A DNA stretch of 64,000 bases from Adineta vaga (taxonomy: Eukaryota; Animalia; Rotifera), in contig CP075492.1 of NCBI GenBank assembly GCA_021613535.1, positions 14,198,001-14,262,000 on the forward strand, read 5' to 3'. Position 1 is the first letter of the stretch. Each line of letters starts with the position of its first letter. Under the pieces are notes generated by a model that saw only the letters and a list, made by a program, of their open reading frames with translations, did not search any database and was not told the DNA's origin. Positions 39,556-51,981 of the stretch are shown here, in pieces. Both the position numbers and the translations under genes were made by a program.

Positions 39556-40836
39556 ATGGCTTTAAGAAGTCATTTTTCTCCTTCCACAACAGAAAAATCG
39601 AACAATGTGAATCCATTCGAAATTTTGGGGGTGAATTCAAATGCATCACCGCAAGAAATCAGATATGCTTTCATGCGAGACATTCGTTCACATTCAAGAA
39701 ATCAACGAGCAAGAGTTGGTTTAGCATACGATATGATATGTTCAAAAGATCCGAGTAAATATACACGATATGGAGATATATTTGTTATTGTTCGAAAAGA
39801 TCATTTTTATTATGTAACGATCGGTGATTATAATTCCTTTGTAAGATTAATCACGAGACAGAAATCTCTTTTGAATGAACGAGACGAACATGGAAGAACA
39901 TTACTTTATATCGCATCTCGAAATGGTTTCCATAATATTTGTAATTTTTTACTGCAAGCCGGTTGTCAAATAAACGAAGTTCAACATTGTGGTAGTACAG
40001 CTTTACATGCTGCAGCATATTATGGACATCAATCTATTGTTGAACTTTTACTTGAATATGGTGCACATCCAAGTATTCGAAATCGATATGGAAACATGGC
40101 ACAAGAAGAAGCTGACATTCAAGAAGTCAAAAGTTGTATTTTATCACACACAGTTGACAAAATTAACACATTATTAAATGAATTGAAACAACAAAGCTAT
40201 GCAAAAAATATGGTTGTCTTGAAACATAATGGGAAACTTATTGGTAAAAAGATTCTACGAAATCCAAGATATCTATCAGGATATTCTTTAGAATATTTAA
40301 ATCAAAATTGGACATTAGCTTGGCATGGAACAAAATATCAATATTTATCATCAATCATGAAATATGGATTGCATCCAGCTGGTACTACTCTTTCACCTAA
40401 TCATCATGTATCGACTCAAGCTGGTCATATTGCATTGAATAAGAAAGTTGGAGCATTTGATAATTGGGCAAATGCTGTATTTATTTCACCAAGTATATTT
40501 TATGCAGCTGATATTGTTTATTCTGAACGGATATTTTCCGATAATCAACGATGGTGTGTAATTATCGAAACACGAGTGAAACCAGGTACATTTACTCGAC
40601 ATAAACAAACTTTATTAAATCAAAGATTGTTATTACCGGGTGAACCAGAAGAATTAGAATATCGTGTTGCTGTAAATGAAGATGATGATTTTATTCTTCG
40701 AGTCGAGTCAACTGAAAATATCATTGTAACAGCTTTGGTTTTTGTTAATTTAAATTTTCTCGAAAATATCAATGAATATTATCAAGGAGAAGATTTATTT
40801 GCTAATTCCGAAGCAGAAAGAACTCTTTTTCAATAA
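39556..40836 (+). CDS. J-like domain + ankyrin repeats + PARP-like (NEURL4-type) ADP-ribosyltransferase domain, intronless
   Basis: NPFEILGV..AS..EIR (DnaJ helices without HPD); GRTLLYIA and GSTALHAA ankyrins; AWHGT, FISPSIFYA, TRVKPG and ELEYR. Confidence 0.82.
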   Translation: MALRSHFSPSTTEKSNNVNPFEILGVNSNASPQEIRYAFMRDIRSHSRNQRARVGLAYDMICSKDPSKYTRYGDIFVIVRKDHFYYVTIGDYNSFVRLITRQKSLLNERDEHGRTLLYIASRNGFHNICNFLLQAGCQINEVQHCGSTALHAAAYYGHQSIVELLLEYGAHPSIRNRYGNMAQEEADIQEVKSCILSHTVDKINTLLNELKQQSYAKNMVVLKHNGKLIGKKILRNPRYLSGYSLEYLNQNWTLAWHGTKYQYLSSIMKYGLHPAGTTLSPNHHVSTQAGHIALNKKVGAFDNWANAVFISPSIFYAADIVYSERIFSDNQRWCVIIETRVKPGTFTRHKQTLLNQRLLLPGEPEELEYRVAVNEDDDFILRVESTENIIVTALVFVNLNFLENINEYYQGEDLFANSEAERTLFQ

Positions 40837-40986
40837 ATTTTCTTGTGAACTACTTGACTTACAATTATTTCGCCTCGTTATCTTTTTGCTACATGTATAT
40901 TACTCAGCATATTGACGTTCTTTTTTTTTCTTCTCATATTAAAAAGTGATACACATGTCAGTTATCTTCATCATAAGTTAAACAGA

Positions 40987-42033
40987 ATGAATCTTTTATT
41001 TTATAATATTATTCTATGTTTTTGTCTAACGACAATTTCAAGTACGATTAGTCCCTGTGCGAAATGGAATACAACAGGTATAACTGTTGCTGGAACAGGT
41101 GAACCAGGAAATTCAAGTTATGAGATTAATTCTGCGAAAGGACTTTTTATTCATAAACGAAGTAATTCATTGTATGTTGCGGATTTCTATAACAATCGTG
41201 TTCAAAAATATTCTCTTAACGATCCATCACATATGGGCACTACGGTCGCATTTGATATTGAAAATCCAATGAAAGTCTTCGTGGACGATGATAGTACGAA
41301 TGGACCAACTGTCTATGTAACACTTCGATTTTTAAATCGTACTGAAAAATGGATCACTGGTTCCATGCATGGAATTCAAATAAGTAATGATTGTCGATTG
41401 TGTTCAGGTGTTGCTGTTGATAAAGATAAAAATGTTTATATGTCAGAATCCGATCGACATCGTGTTGTACGTTGGTCATCTCGTACGAATACAACAACTG
41501 TTGTTGCTGGACAAACAAATACAAGTGGATCGACAAGTACATTACTTGATCATCCACAAGGTATCTATGTAAATCAAAATGGAACTATTGTTTATGTTGC
41601 TGATATGTGGAATAGTCGTATTCAGAAATTTCTACAAGGTTCATCGGAAGCAACAACAGTAGCTGGATCAAGTCAAGGTACTGCAGGTCATGATCCGCAA
41701 ACATTAAATTATCCAAATGATGTTTTTATCGATGAAGAAACAAATGTTGTTTATGTAATTGATACATCAAATAATAGAGTTCAACGTTGGAAATCTTTTG
41801 CAAGTGAAGGAGAAACGCTTGTTGGTGATATGGGTATGTTATAGTGTTAGAGAGAGTAGAACGATGTTAATCTTTTTGTATGTCTAATAGGTGTTGGTAA
41901 TGCAACTAATCAATTAAATAAACCATCAGATTTATCATTTGATCTACAAGGAAATCTTTTTGTAATGGACATGGAAAATAATCGTGTGCAAAAGTTTGAA
42001 TTGATTGATAATCGACCTTGTATAATAACGTAA
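40987..42033 (+). CDS. Secreted NHL-repeat beta-propeller protein, 2 exons (intron 41834-41890)
   Basis: Signal peptide, WNTTGITVAG, and repeated LYVAD..NNRVQK units. Confidence 0.9.
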
Positions 42034-42229
42034 AGAAACATTATTTACAAGAAAAATCTTTTATTTTTAATCACTATGAATAAAATCGATAATAAATGTG
42101 AATAAACTTGAAAAAGAACACGTTTTTTCACCGTAATCTCGCAAGAGAAACGATCGATCGCAACATTACGTTTATTTTTCTTCTCTTTTGTCAAAAACAA
42201 AATCATTTCATTACAATAACAGTAAGAGC

Positions 42230-42487
42230 ATGTCTACACTATCGAACGAACTTGCATCGCTTCCATCTCTTGAAAAACAAAAAGAATTCCTTGGAAATAA
42301 ACTCTTTCCTCTGGTTCTCGAACGTGTTAAAAATCCTGATATAACAAGCAAAGTAACTGGCGATTTATTAGAATTGGATAATGATCAACTTTGTCGTTTG
42401 ATCGATTCACAAGATGCACTCAATGCTCAAATCGATGAGAAAAGAGCGGAAATTGAAATGTGTGAACCATCCATGCAACAAACATAG
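42230..42487 (+). CDS. Stand-alone PABC/MLLE domain protein (85 aa)
   Basis: QKEFLGNKLFPLV...SKVTGDLLELDN matches the PABP MLLE consensus QKQMLGERLFPLI...GKITGMLLEIDN. Confidence 0.85.
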   Translation: MSTLSNELASLPSLEKQKEFLGNKLFPLVLERVKNPDITSKVTGDLLELDNDQLCRLIDSQDALNAQIDEKRAEIEMCEPSMQQT

Positions 42488-42589
42488 AGTATCAAACGAA
42501 CAGACAATTTTCTTCCATTGGACTTAGATTTTTATCAATAAAATCTTTTTCTTTTTATAATTAAATAAAAAAATTCATCAATGAATATT

Positions 42590-42926
42590 TTATTTATATG
42601 TTAAAGTAAAAATTACAGGTAAGATAACAGTATCATTACCATCTATAGAGTATCCATAGCCAGAACCATAATTATTATAACCTCCAACGCCTGGTGCACC
42701 ACCATAGACTTGACCAAAAGTTGGATTTGGATTACCACCTAAGTAATTATCTAATCGTTCACCGAGAGCACCTAGAAAACAAGAAAATAAATAATTAGAT
42801 TATTGTAGTTTATTGTAAAAGATATTTACTATTTAATCCACCGGGAACATTTCGTTGAATCCAAAGATCAGATCGCATTTCTGAGTTGTGATTACCACCA
42901 CGATAAGCACCGTAACTACCGTACAT
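42590..42926 (-). CDS. Small Gly/Tyr/Asn-rich protein not in the ORF track, 2 exons (intron 42772-42829)
   Basis: MYGSYGAYRGGNHNSEMRSDLWIQRNVPGGLNS|ALGERLDNYLGGNPNPTFGQVYGGAPGVGGYNNYGSGYGY...; consistent phase-1 GT-AG intron. Confidence 0.7.
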
Positions 42927-44500
42927 ATTGAATAGATGAATATGAAAAGATAACTTTGTTTTGAGTAATGAATGAAGTTACACGTTTTGCATTCGCTTTT
43001 TATATCGCGATTTGATGTTATTTTCACTTTTCTCTTAGACTACATAGGAAGAGAAGAAAATGATTCATCCATTCGCATAAAATATCAACAAGCTAATAAC
43101 TATATACTTTTGTCTTTCATGACTAATGTTGACAGTTCAATTTTATCTATCTACGCAGGTAACATTATTTTTTCATATCACCTTGATGAATAACATAAAC
43201 ATGTTTTTCTCATCTATCGGTACATATGAATAAATACGTTTGTAAATGAATAATAAAACCACGCATATCAATGATGTCATGCAATAATAATACATTGCTC
43301 ATTTCATTGACGTCAATATTATACTCTCTGTCCTTTTAATTCTCTATGAGTGAAAACGGTAAAACATTTCATTTTGGTTTTTAGCTACAAGGATTCTATA
43401 GAAAATAACTTATTCTGATCATCTGTATTGTTTCTAAAGTTACAAATATATCTTTCTCTTGTAAATGATAATAAACTCTCTATCATTCTAAGAATATTGA
43501 TTAGATTAAAACTCGTCTATATGAACATTTTCTGGTTTATTAATTCTAAACAAACAAAATAACAGATAAAGCATATAAGTAGAAATCAGCACGACATCCA
43601 TGATAGTAATTCAGATATTTCTATAAATCACACTATGAAATATGAATGACATTGGTAGTCGTATTCTGATCGGATTTATTAACAACTGAAACTTCGATGA
43701 AAGGAAATGTGAAGATAAGGATATTTGGATAAAAGTTAGTTTTATGCATGTCTTTCGAATCATTAAGTAAATTGATGTAAACAATTAAATTATATTTATT
43801 TTGATATGATAATCACTCAATAATATTTGAAATTTGTTCAAAGAAGGAATAGATTTTACTGAACACAATTTTCTCTAATGGAATATCATTTTTTATATTG
43901 TGTAAATCTTGAAAGCTTCAATTTATTTGATCATTTGTTCTTATAACAATCAGCAACGATTATTTTTCATTTTGCATAGAATTTTCAGATGATGATGATG
44001 ATTGTAAACAAGAAAAAAAAGCGAAAGGATTTGTCTATAAAAATAGGTCTATCACATCGAACATCATAAAACATCGATCGTTTTGATTATTTGCATTCGA
44101 TATGCACTTTTAATATTCATTTTCATTCTATAGTTGGATTATAAAAGAGATGAAGAGAATTCGTTTTCTTTTCTCATACGTAAATTGTGTAAATAATATC
44201 AATGATTTTATATATTCAAAATAACTATCGATTTCTCTTGAAAGAAAAAGTGCACGTCATGCTATTTTATAACGAAAATTTTCTTTTCTATGAAATATTG
44301 AGATATATTCTACTGCATAACATATCTCCTTGATCTTTTCCTATGCGCTTGATTGATAGACAAGGAGAGAAAATGATATAAAACGTTGTTATTATTTTAT
44401 TTATCTTCTATTCTATTGTTGAAAAATATTCGAAAGAAGGTAAGAAGAGAATATTTGTTAGAATTCGATAAATACAACGAAATAACTGTAGAAAATAATC

Positions 44501-46298
44501 ATGGTGACATTATTCGAAAATCCACATGAATCATCATTAGCAATGTTTCTATTACAAGTATTTATCACATTAATTGTATGCAAAATTCTTGCAAAACTTC
44601 TCTCGTTTGTTCGTCAACCACAAGTTATTGGACAGATTATTGCGGGAATTATTTTTGGTCCATCGATACTTGGTTTGTAAACATAGAAGAAAAAGAACAT
44701 GATTTGTAATTGATATAAATTTCATTTAGGTTATGCTAAAGGATGGTCATCAGCTATTTGGCCAACATCATCATTGAAAATCTTTCAATTAATCGCAAAT
44801 TTAGGTTTAATTTTCTTCATGTTCTTTCTTGGTTTAGAACTTGATTTAAATCAAATTAAAGCTAATTGGAAAGTTACTATACCTGTAGCGTGTGTTAGTA
44901 TTATCTTTCCTGGTAAGTTGATTTGAAGAAAACAAAAATATCAATGAAGTATGTTTTGTTCTAGTTGGAATTGGTTGTGCTGTTGCTCTATGGTTCTATG
45001 AATTGAATGATGGAATTGTTGCAAGTAAAACAGCGTTTATTCTATTTATTGGTAAGGATCAATTTTTGAAATGATATCTTCTTTGTTGCATTGTTAAGTT
45101 TTCATTTAGCTTCTGGATTTGGTTTTTCGGCATTTCCTGTCTTGGCAACACTATTAAATTCGATGAATTTACTCAATGAACCAATTGGTATTCAAACAAT
45201 ATCTTTAGCGGCTGTTGAAGACATCGTTGTTTGGGTTGTATTAGCTGTTGCTAGTGCTTTTTCATCAGGAGGCTCGGCACTTCAAGGTCTTTATACATTA
45301 TTGTTAACATTAGCTTTTATTGGAATAATGGTATTTATTATTCGACCGATTTTCAGTCGAATTCATGACTTTTATCATCGAAAAGAAGACGATTGTAATG
45401 TTTATATTGTTGTTGGTTGTTTCCTTTTACTTCTTATTTCATCATTTACAACTGAAGTGATGGGTAAAAAAATTTAACAGTAAATTTCTTTACTATTGTT
45501 GATTTGTTTAGGAATTCATGCATTCTTTGGAGCATTTATTGCTGGTCTTTGTATTCCACGAAAAGGTGAATTAGTTGAATTTCTTTCCATACGTATTGAA
45601 TTAATAATCGTTGAATTTTTCTTACCGTAAGCAAATTTTCTTGTCACAAATCTTTTCCTTCTCTAATTTTAATCGATATTTTAGTCTATATTTTGCAAAT
45701 AGTGGTTTAAAAACACGTTTAAATCTTTTAAATACTGGCCGATCATGGTGGACATTAGCTGTTCTGATTATTTTAGCAACTGTTTCCAAAGTTGTTCCAG
45801 TGACAATAGCAACGAAAATCTTCGCACGACGCTCTTGGTATTACTGTTCATCTGGGTGTTCTTATGAATACACGTGGTATTGTTCAATTGGTTGTTTTAA
45901 ATATTGGTGTTCAATTAAAAGTTATATCACCGGTTATTTTTGCAATGTTCGTTCTAATGGCAACAATTCTTACACTATTAACATCACCGATTTTATCGTT
46001 TCTCTATAAACGTGATTCTGATCCGAAAGTTTTAGAAGAATCTAAAACAGCTTATGATTTACATATGGCTTTAGAAGGTGAAATTGATCTTGAAAAGGTC
46101 GGAGAAAATGGTACAATAGATAAAGATTCAAACCAATCACCAAAAGAAATATCGAATGGTTCAAATAGAATTATGAAGAGAAATCTAAGTTCATCGAATG
46201 CTCTACATCCTCGATTAAGTGCATTTGATCTAGAAAATCCGCCAACAAATAATGAAATAACTCGACAAAGAAAATGTTCTCGAATGACTTTATTTTAA
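44501..46298 (+). CDS. CPA2 cation/H+ antiporter (KHA1/CHX-like), five introns, frameshift near 45852
   Basis: RQPQVIGQIIAGIIFGPSILG, FMFFLGLELD, SAFPVLA, GIHAFFGAF, LPLYFANSGL and LGVLMNTRG. Confidence 0.85.
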
Positions 46299-46644
46299 TT
46301 TTGCTTTGTGTGTTTTAATGTATCTTTTTACACGTTTTTAGAATGTTGTTTTAGTTAGATTTCACATCAATTGTTTTTCATGAGATATAGAATTTCTATT
46401 TGAAATATTTAGTTAGTATGATATCGATAAGATTCTATTGTGCAATAACGTTACAAAATTTATCTTCTCTTTACTTATGTGAAAAAAGATGCATTTGTCA
46501 CCGTTTCTATAAGAAAAAAAGATAACGATAACAATATTTCATGTGATATGTATCGTTGAGTAGAAATATGATTTAAAGAGAAGTTATGATGCATCTTATA
46601 TCATTTTAAATCATTGATAGTTTTAGATTGAGGTTTATAGAACA

Positions 46645-47529
46645 ATGTCAATTGGTTGTCCATTGTTTGATATTAATCAATTAACTTCTGAACAACAGGA
46701 AAAATTCCAAAATGTTTATAATGAATTAAAACCAAATCATACATCTTATATAGAGTATAAACTTAATTTACGATTGAAAAATCCGATGGAAAAAGACGAA
46801 GAAGAAGAAGAAAATGAATGGAAATATCAATTATATCGATTTCTTCGTGCAAGAAAATGGAATGTAGCACATACAATAAAATCAATTCTAGAAATGTTAA
46901 AATGGAGAATGGATAATCACGTTGATTCAATTTTAGAACAAGAAAATGTGAAAGAACGTATGGATAATCTTCGAAAAATAGTTCCAAATGCTCACCATGG
47001 TTATACTAAAGTTGATCGTCCGTTATACATCGAAAAATCTGGTTTAATTCATGTGGATAAAATCTTAGATAGTTATTCAGTAGAAGAATTAATTGAATGT
47101 CATATCTATTGGTTAGAATTCTATTCTCAATTAACTCGAGAACGTAGTCGACAAATAGGAAAACATATTGAGAGTTTTGCTATAGCTTATGATTTACATG
47201 GATGTAAATTAGATATGAGAAAAATCCTTCCAGTTTTAAAACAATCACTTTTTATCGATGATAATTATTATCCCGAACGTTTAGGACAATTGTTTATTAT
47301 CAATCCACCCATGATTTTTCCTATTCTCTGGAACCTCGTCAAACATTGGCTTGATCCAGTAACAAAAACAAAAATTTTGGTGATTAAAAAAGGTCCAGAA
47401 ACAGCAGCAACGTTATTACAGCACATAGATTCAGATCAATTACCACGAGAATACGGCGGCGGTTGTCAATCATGTCCAGCAGCGCCTAACTGTATTCCAA
47501 TATATGAAGAAAATAAAGAAGATATTTAA
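46645..47529 (+). CDS. SEC14/CRAL-TRIO lipid-binding protein
   Basis: LYRFLRARKWNV, DNYYPERLGQLFIINPP, WLDPVTKTKI and QLPREYGG. Confidence 0.92.
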   Translation: MSIGCPLFDINQLTSEQQEKFQNVYNELKPNHTSYIEYKLNLRLKNPMEKDEEEEENEWKYQLYRFLRARKWNVAHTIKSILEMLKWRMDNHVDSILEQENVKERMDNLRKIVPNAHHGYTKVDRPLYIEKSGLIHVDKILDSYSVEELIECHIYWLEFYSQLTRERSRQIGKHIESFAIAYDLHGCKLDMRKILPVLKQSLFIDDNYYPERLGQLFIINPPMIFPILWNLVKHWLDPVTKTKILVIKKGPETAATLLQHIDSDQLPREYGGGCQSCPAAPNCIPIYEENKEDI

Positions 47530-47582
47530 CATATGATTTTATTCTAATATCTATAAACTGTTTATATCCAATAAGAAAAGTC

Positions 47583-49358
47583 TTAGAAACGAGAGTTCTT
47601 TGTTGATAATGATGATGCTACTTGAATATTGTTAGTTGTTTTCAGTTTTTCTTCTTCATATTTTTTCCATCGATATTCAATTAATGCATAACCACTAATA
47701 CCTACGGTAAGAAATACAATAAGAATGTAGAGAATAATCCGAGTTCGTATATAAGGTGTAATTATGTAGAAAAAAGCAAATCCAGCTGATTCCCACAGAC
47801 GATAATTTGAAAAAGCTGCTTCGTTTGTTTCATTGAATAGAACTCCGTAAAGTGCACTTGTTTGTGATTGCCAAACAGAATCAGCGACACCCCAAAGACC
47901 AGCAATGATAAAAAGAACAATGATTTGATTACTTGACGGATACCAAAAAAGCATTGTAATCATTAGAGCATAATTAATCAATGCAGCTATGACAAAACAA
48001 GGCCAACGTCCAATAAGTTTAACAAGTTGACCAAAAACAAAACTACCAATCGAATCACACAATCCAAAAGCAATCATTATAAGACCAACATATTTTGCAC
48101 TAAATGTACACGAAATAAAAGCCTAAAATAGATCCACTATTTCCTTCGAAATAAGATAAAATATATTTGAAATTTACTTTCGTAAATATTGTAAAAATAT
48201 ATGTTAATTCTAGACCACACCATATACTCATTGGAATCAAAAGAATTTGATCCATATGACGCATATGTTTAATAGTCGATACAAGTAATTTCACTGAATT
48301 ACGTATCATGACAGACGTTTTGTCTCGAGACGTTGTTCGTCGTTGATCAAGAAAAATAATTAAGAGTAATATTGAACTAATACAGAGACAAACATAGATT
48401 ATGCAGAGAATATCAACCTGAAGAGAAAGATATTTGTTTTGAAATTTGAACATTTTTCAACTGACTGTTTTACGATCAATCTTATTAGGAACTTCTGTAC
48501 TTTGATATTCTTGTTCACTGAATTGTGCGCCACATTTATCATACATAGTAAACAATATGGATGTACTTGTGTTGATTCTTGCAGCAGAAACTGATGATAA
48601 TTTATTTTCTGGTGTCAATATGAGATACGAGATTAGATTACCCCAGATTTGACCTATTTTAAATAGAATTATGAGATAGAACATGAAGAAAATATAAACA
48701 TCACTGACAAGATTGAAAGAACATGAAAAAAATGCCAAAAAATCGATTGATAACAGCAGTTTTATCGAGATTCTTTTCAATGGCATAAACTGTACCCATA
48801 TTAGATAAATAACTACATTTTGATGTCCACAGAGGAGCTGCAGCTAAACCAACCAATACAGCAGCTAATATAAAACAAAAATAACTAGTCAGTAATAAAG
48901 ACAGGACAAACATATCTTACCTGGATACATCAGATAAGCTTTGGGATAATAATTGGCAGTCATGAAAATAAGATAACTGAAAATAGGATATCTAATCGTG
49001 GCTTTTCTTGTGGAATGCAACTCGGAAAAGAATCAGATACGTACGGTACTTGTGAAATGATTAAAGTCCATTTCAAACCTAAGATAGTCATTAAGGGATG
49101 TGGTAAGAAGATGGATGAAAATATAAGAAATACATAAATAATTGATAATGAATTGACACCAACATTTGCTTCAGTATTCAATGAACTTTGAAGATTTCCC
49201 ATGCCATTAAATGCTGTAAATTGAAGTAAAAATGCCATACTAATTGCTAAAACATTTTTTATTGTTCGAAAATCGAATCGTTGTTTTTTTATCGTGGTAA
49301 TTTGTTCATCGATGTCATTTGCAACTACTTGCATTTCTAATTCTAAATTCAAACTCAT
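47583..49358 (-). CDS. UNC93A-like MFS membrane protein, multi-exon
   Basis: FTAFNGMGNLQSSLN, GLAAAPLWT, FFGIFFMFFQ, QIWGNLIS and AAFSNYRLWES. Confidence 0.88.
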
Positions 49359-49853
49359 TGTAGATATGTATGTGTGCAAATCAACCTTCAAAAGAATATA
49401 TTAATGTGCTATATATCTAAAAAAAGAAGTGAAGAAGATTACGAAAATGTCGCTATGATGATATATAACATTATTGATTAGAACTTTACCATTTCGAATA
49501 GTTCGTTATTACTTTCTTTCTTCTATACTTGCTCTATTGCTTCGTTATTTTAGTCTCACATATAAATTGTGAACAACGTACATTCGTCTTTTGTCTTCTA
49601 TTCGTGGCGGATTGAAAATGAAATAAACGTAAGAAGAAATCATGAACTATCGGCGTAAAATGTGCTCGCATGGACATAGTCGCTTCTTATACTATACCAT
49701 CGAAAGTGAAATTCATAGGTTACGAAAAAACAAATTTATTGGAAGGTTAAAGAATCAGGTATAAGCTTTTGTCATGACAATCAAAATGTAAAAAACACAT
49801 ACAGTACAATCATTCCACGAAGGGCAAAAATCAAATCAAATGTCTATATAGTA

Positions 49854-50843
49854 TTATAAATTTCTGAATTTATCTGTTGCTGTAACTAATTGATGAACAA
49901 TGCCTGGTTCTTTTGACGAATGGCCAGCATCATCAACCCAATGAAATTCACCTTTTGGCCATACTTTATGTAAATCCCAAGCTGATCGTGGTGGACAAAC
50001 GACATCATATCGACCTTGAACAATAACACCTGGTATATCTTTAATTTTATCGGCATTTTTAATTAATTGTCCATCTTCATTCATAAATGCACCATGTACA
50101 AAGTAATGTGTTTCAATACGAGCAAATGTCACAGCAAATTTTGCATCATCAGTTGCATGAGCTATATAAGATGGATCAACATATAAACGTGATGTTGCCA
50201 ATTCCCATACGGACCATGCTGTTGCTGCTTTCAATTTTTCTTCTTCATTTTCACCAGTTAAACGACGATAGTATGCAGACATTAAATCACCACGTTCACC
50301 GATAGGTATAACTTCTAAATATTTATCCCAAGCATCAGGAAACAACATTGAAGCACCTTCTTGATAAAACCATAATAATTCTTTTCTTCGACAGCAAAAT
50401 ATTCCACGTAATACTAAGGCTTTTACACGTTCGGGATGTGTTTCAGCATAAGCAAGAGACAATGTTGATCCCCAACTACCACCAAAAAGAACCCATTTAT
50501 CAACATTAAAATGTTCACGTAATTTTTCTAAATCTTCAACTAAATCCCATGTCGTATTTTCTTCCAAACAAGCATTTGGTAGAGAATTACCAGCACCACG
50601 TTGATGATAGATTAGAATTCGATATGCTTCCGGATCAAAAAATCGTCGATCACGTTCATCTGTACCTCCACCAGGTCCACCATGAATGAAAATAATCGGT
50701 TTACCAGAAGGATTACCACATTCTTCATAATATAAAGTATGAATTTCCGATACTTTTAACATTCCCGTTTTATATGGTTCAATTTCTGGATATACATCTC
50801 GTAATTGTTTTGTTTCTTGTGTTGTACTGTCGGGCGAAGGCAT
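49854..50843 (-). CDS. pip: Proline iminopeptidase (peptidase S33, bacterial type), intronless
   Basis: HGGPG, GGSWGSTL nucleophile, LRGIF, QGRYD and AGH. Confidence 0.92.
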   Translation of the reverse strand: MPSPDSTTQETKQLRDVYPEIEPYKTGMLKVSEIHTLYYEECGNPSGKPIIFIHGGPGGGTDERDRRFFDPEAYRILIYHQRGAGNSLPNACLEENTTWDLVEDLEKLREHFNVDKWVLFGGSWGSTLSLAYAETHPERVKALVLRGIFCCRRKELLWFYQEGASMLFPDAWDKYLEVIPIGERGDLMSAYYRRLTGENEEEKLKAATAWSVWELATSRLYVDPSYIAHATDDAKFAVTFARIETHYFVHGAFMNEDGQLIKNADKIKDIPGVIVQGRYDVVCPPRSAWDLHKVWPKGEFHWVDDAGHSSKEPGIVHQLVTATDKFRNL

Positions 50844-51981
50844 ATTTTATTATTGAATACGAATGAACAAATGGATATCTGAAAATAAGCATACAGAAAT
50901 ATACATATTTATTTAGAAATCTTTTACATGAGATGAAATGTGACGTGTTCTACTTTGTTTTTGGTCTATTTGATTTGCAAAAGAAAGAAAGAAAGAAAGA
51001 AAAAAAAGAGGAATATAGTCAGGGTTGGTATTTACACATGTTACTTTTATCGTGTGAAGAAAGAAAAATATATAAATGCTTTGTAACTACCATAGTTAGG
51101 TGTTAAATATTACAGAACGCAAAAAGGCAAAGAGAAAACGTTATCATATGAAGAATTAGAACGAGAATAAAAGTTAATTTCAAAATAAGCAATATTATTT
51201 CATGTACTTGACCTTTATACTATGGCAAGAGACTGTAGTTTAGAGATGATAGTCAACATTTCGTGTTGCTATTGAGACAACATACCTGACAGATCACTTT
51301 TTCAAATTTCTAGAAATTTCAAGCGTTGAAAGTGGCAAGTGTTGGGTTGTATCTAATCATGGGTAATCATAATTAGAGCTTTGCCCTACAATTATATATT
51401 GCGTAGTTTATCGTAAATTAATTGAATTTGTCTTGATAGATTCATTGCATTGATAGGAATCGTTATAATTTATCAAACATTATTTCCGCTTATTTTTCTG
51501 ATCATTCTACAAAGTTAACAAAAAAAACAAAAAGAAGAACGCAAAATAGACCGAAAAATACACTTTCCTATACGGTTTTTTTTACGTTCTTTTGATAATG
51601 TTATTCTGATCGTTACTAATTATCGATATGATTGAAAAGAAAAAAAAATGAGAAGGACATATGATTAGAATAAATGATTATCAAGACTAGTCGATAAAGT
51701 TTATTTATTGAAAGTTTTTCCTTGATTGACGAAAAGTTAAATAGATTTGAAAATGATAATATTCACCTTTAGATTTGATGTCTGTTAAGCATGGTGTTTT
51801 TTGTTTTTTCTATAAAATATCGACTGATACAAAATATGTGATCAATGATGATAAAAAAAAGAGGGAAACAGAAAAATAACAAATTTATACTACGCAGTAA
51901 TTAATTTTTTTTAAATTCAGATAGTTAATAAGAAGTAACGTAGAAAAATTATCGTTTATTTTAGATTGTTTTTAATTTAGA

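Noticed and set aside
50979-51008. (AAAG)n tract upstream of pip
   Set aside because: An ordinary short microsatellite with no evidence of function.
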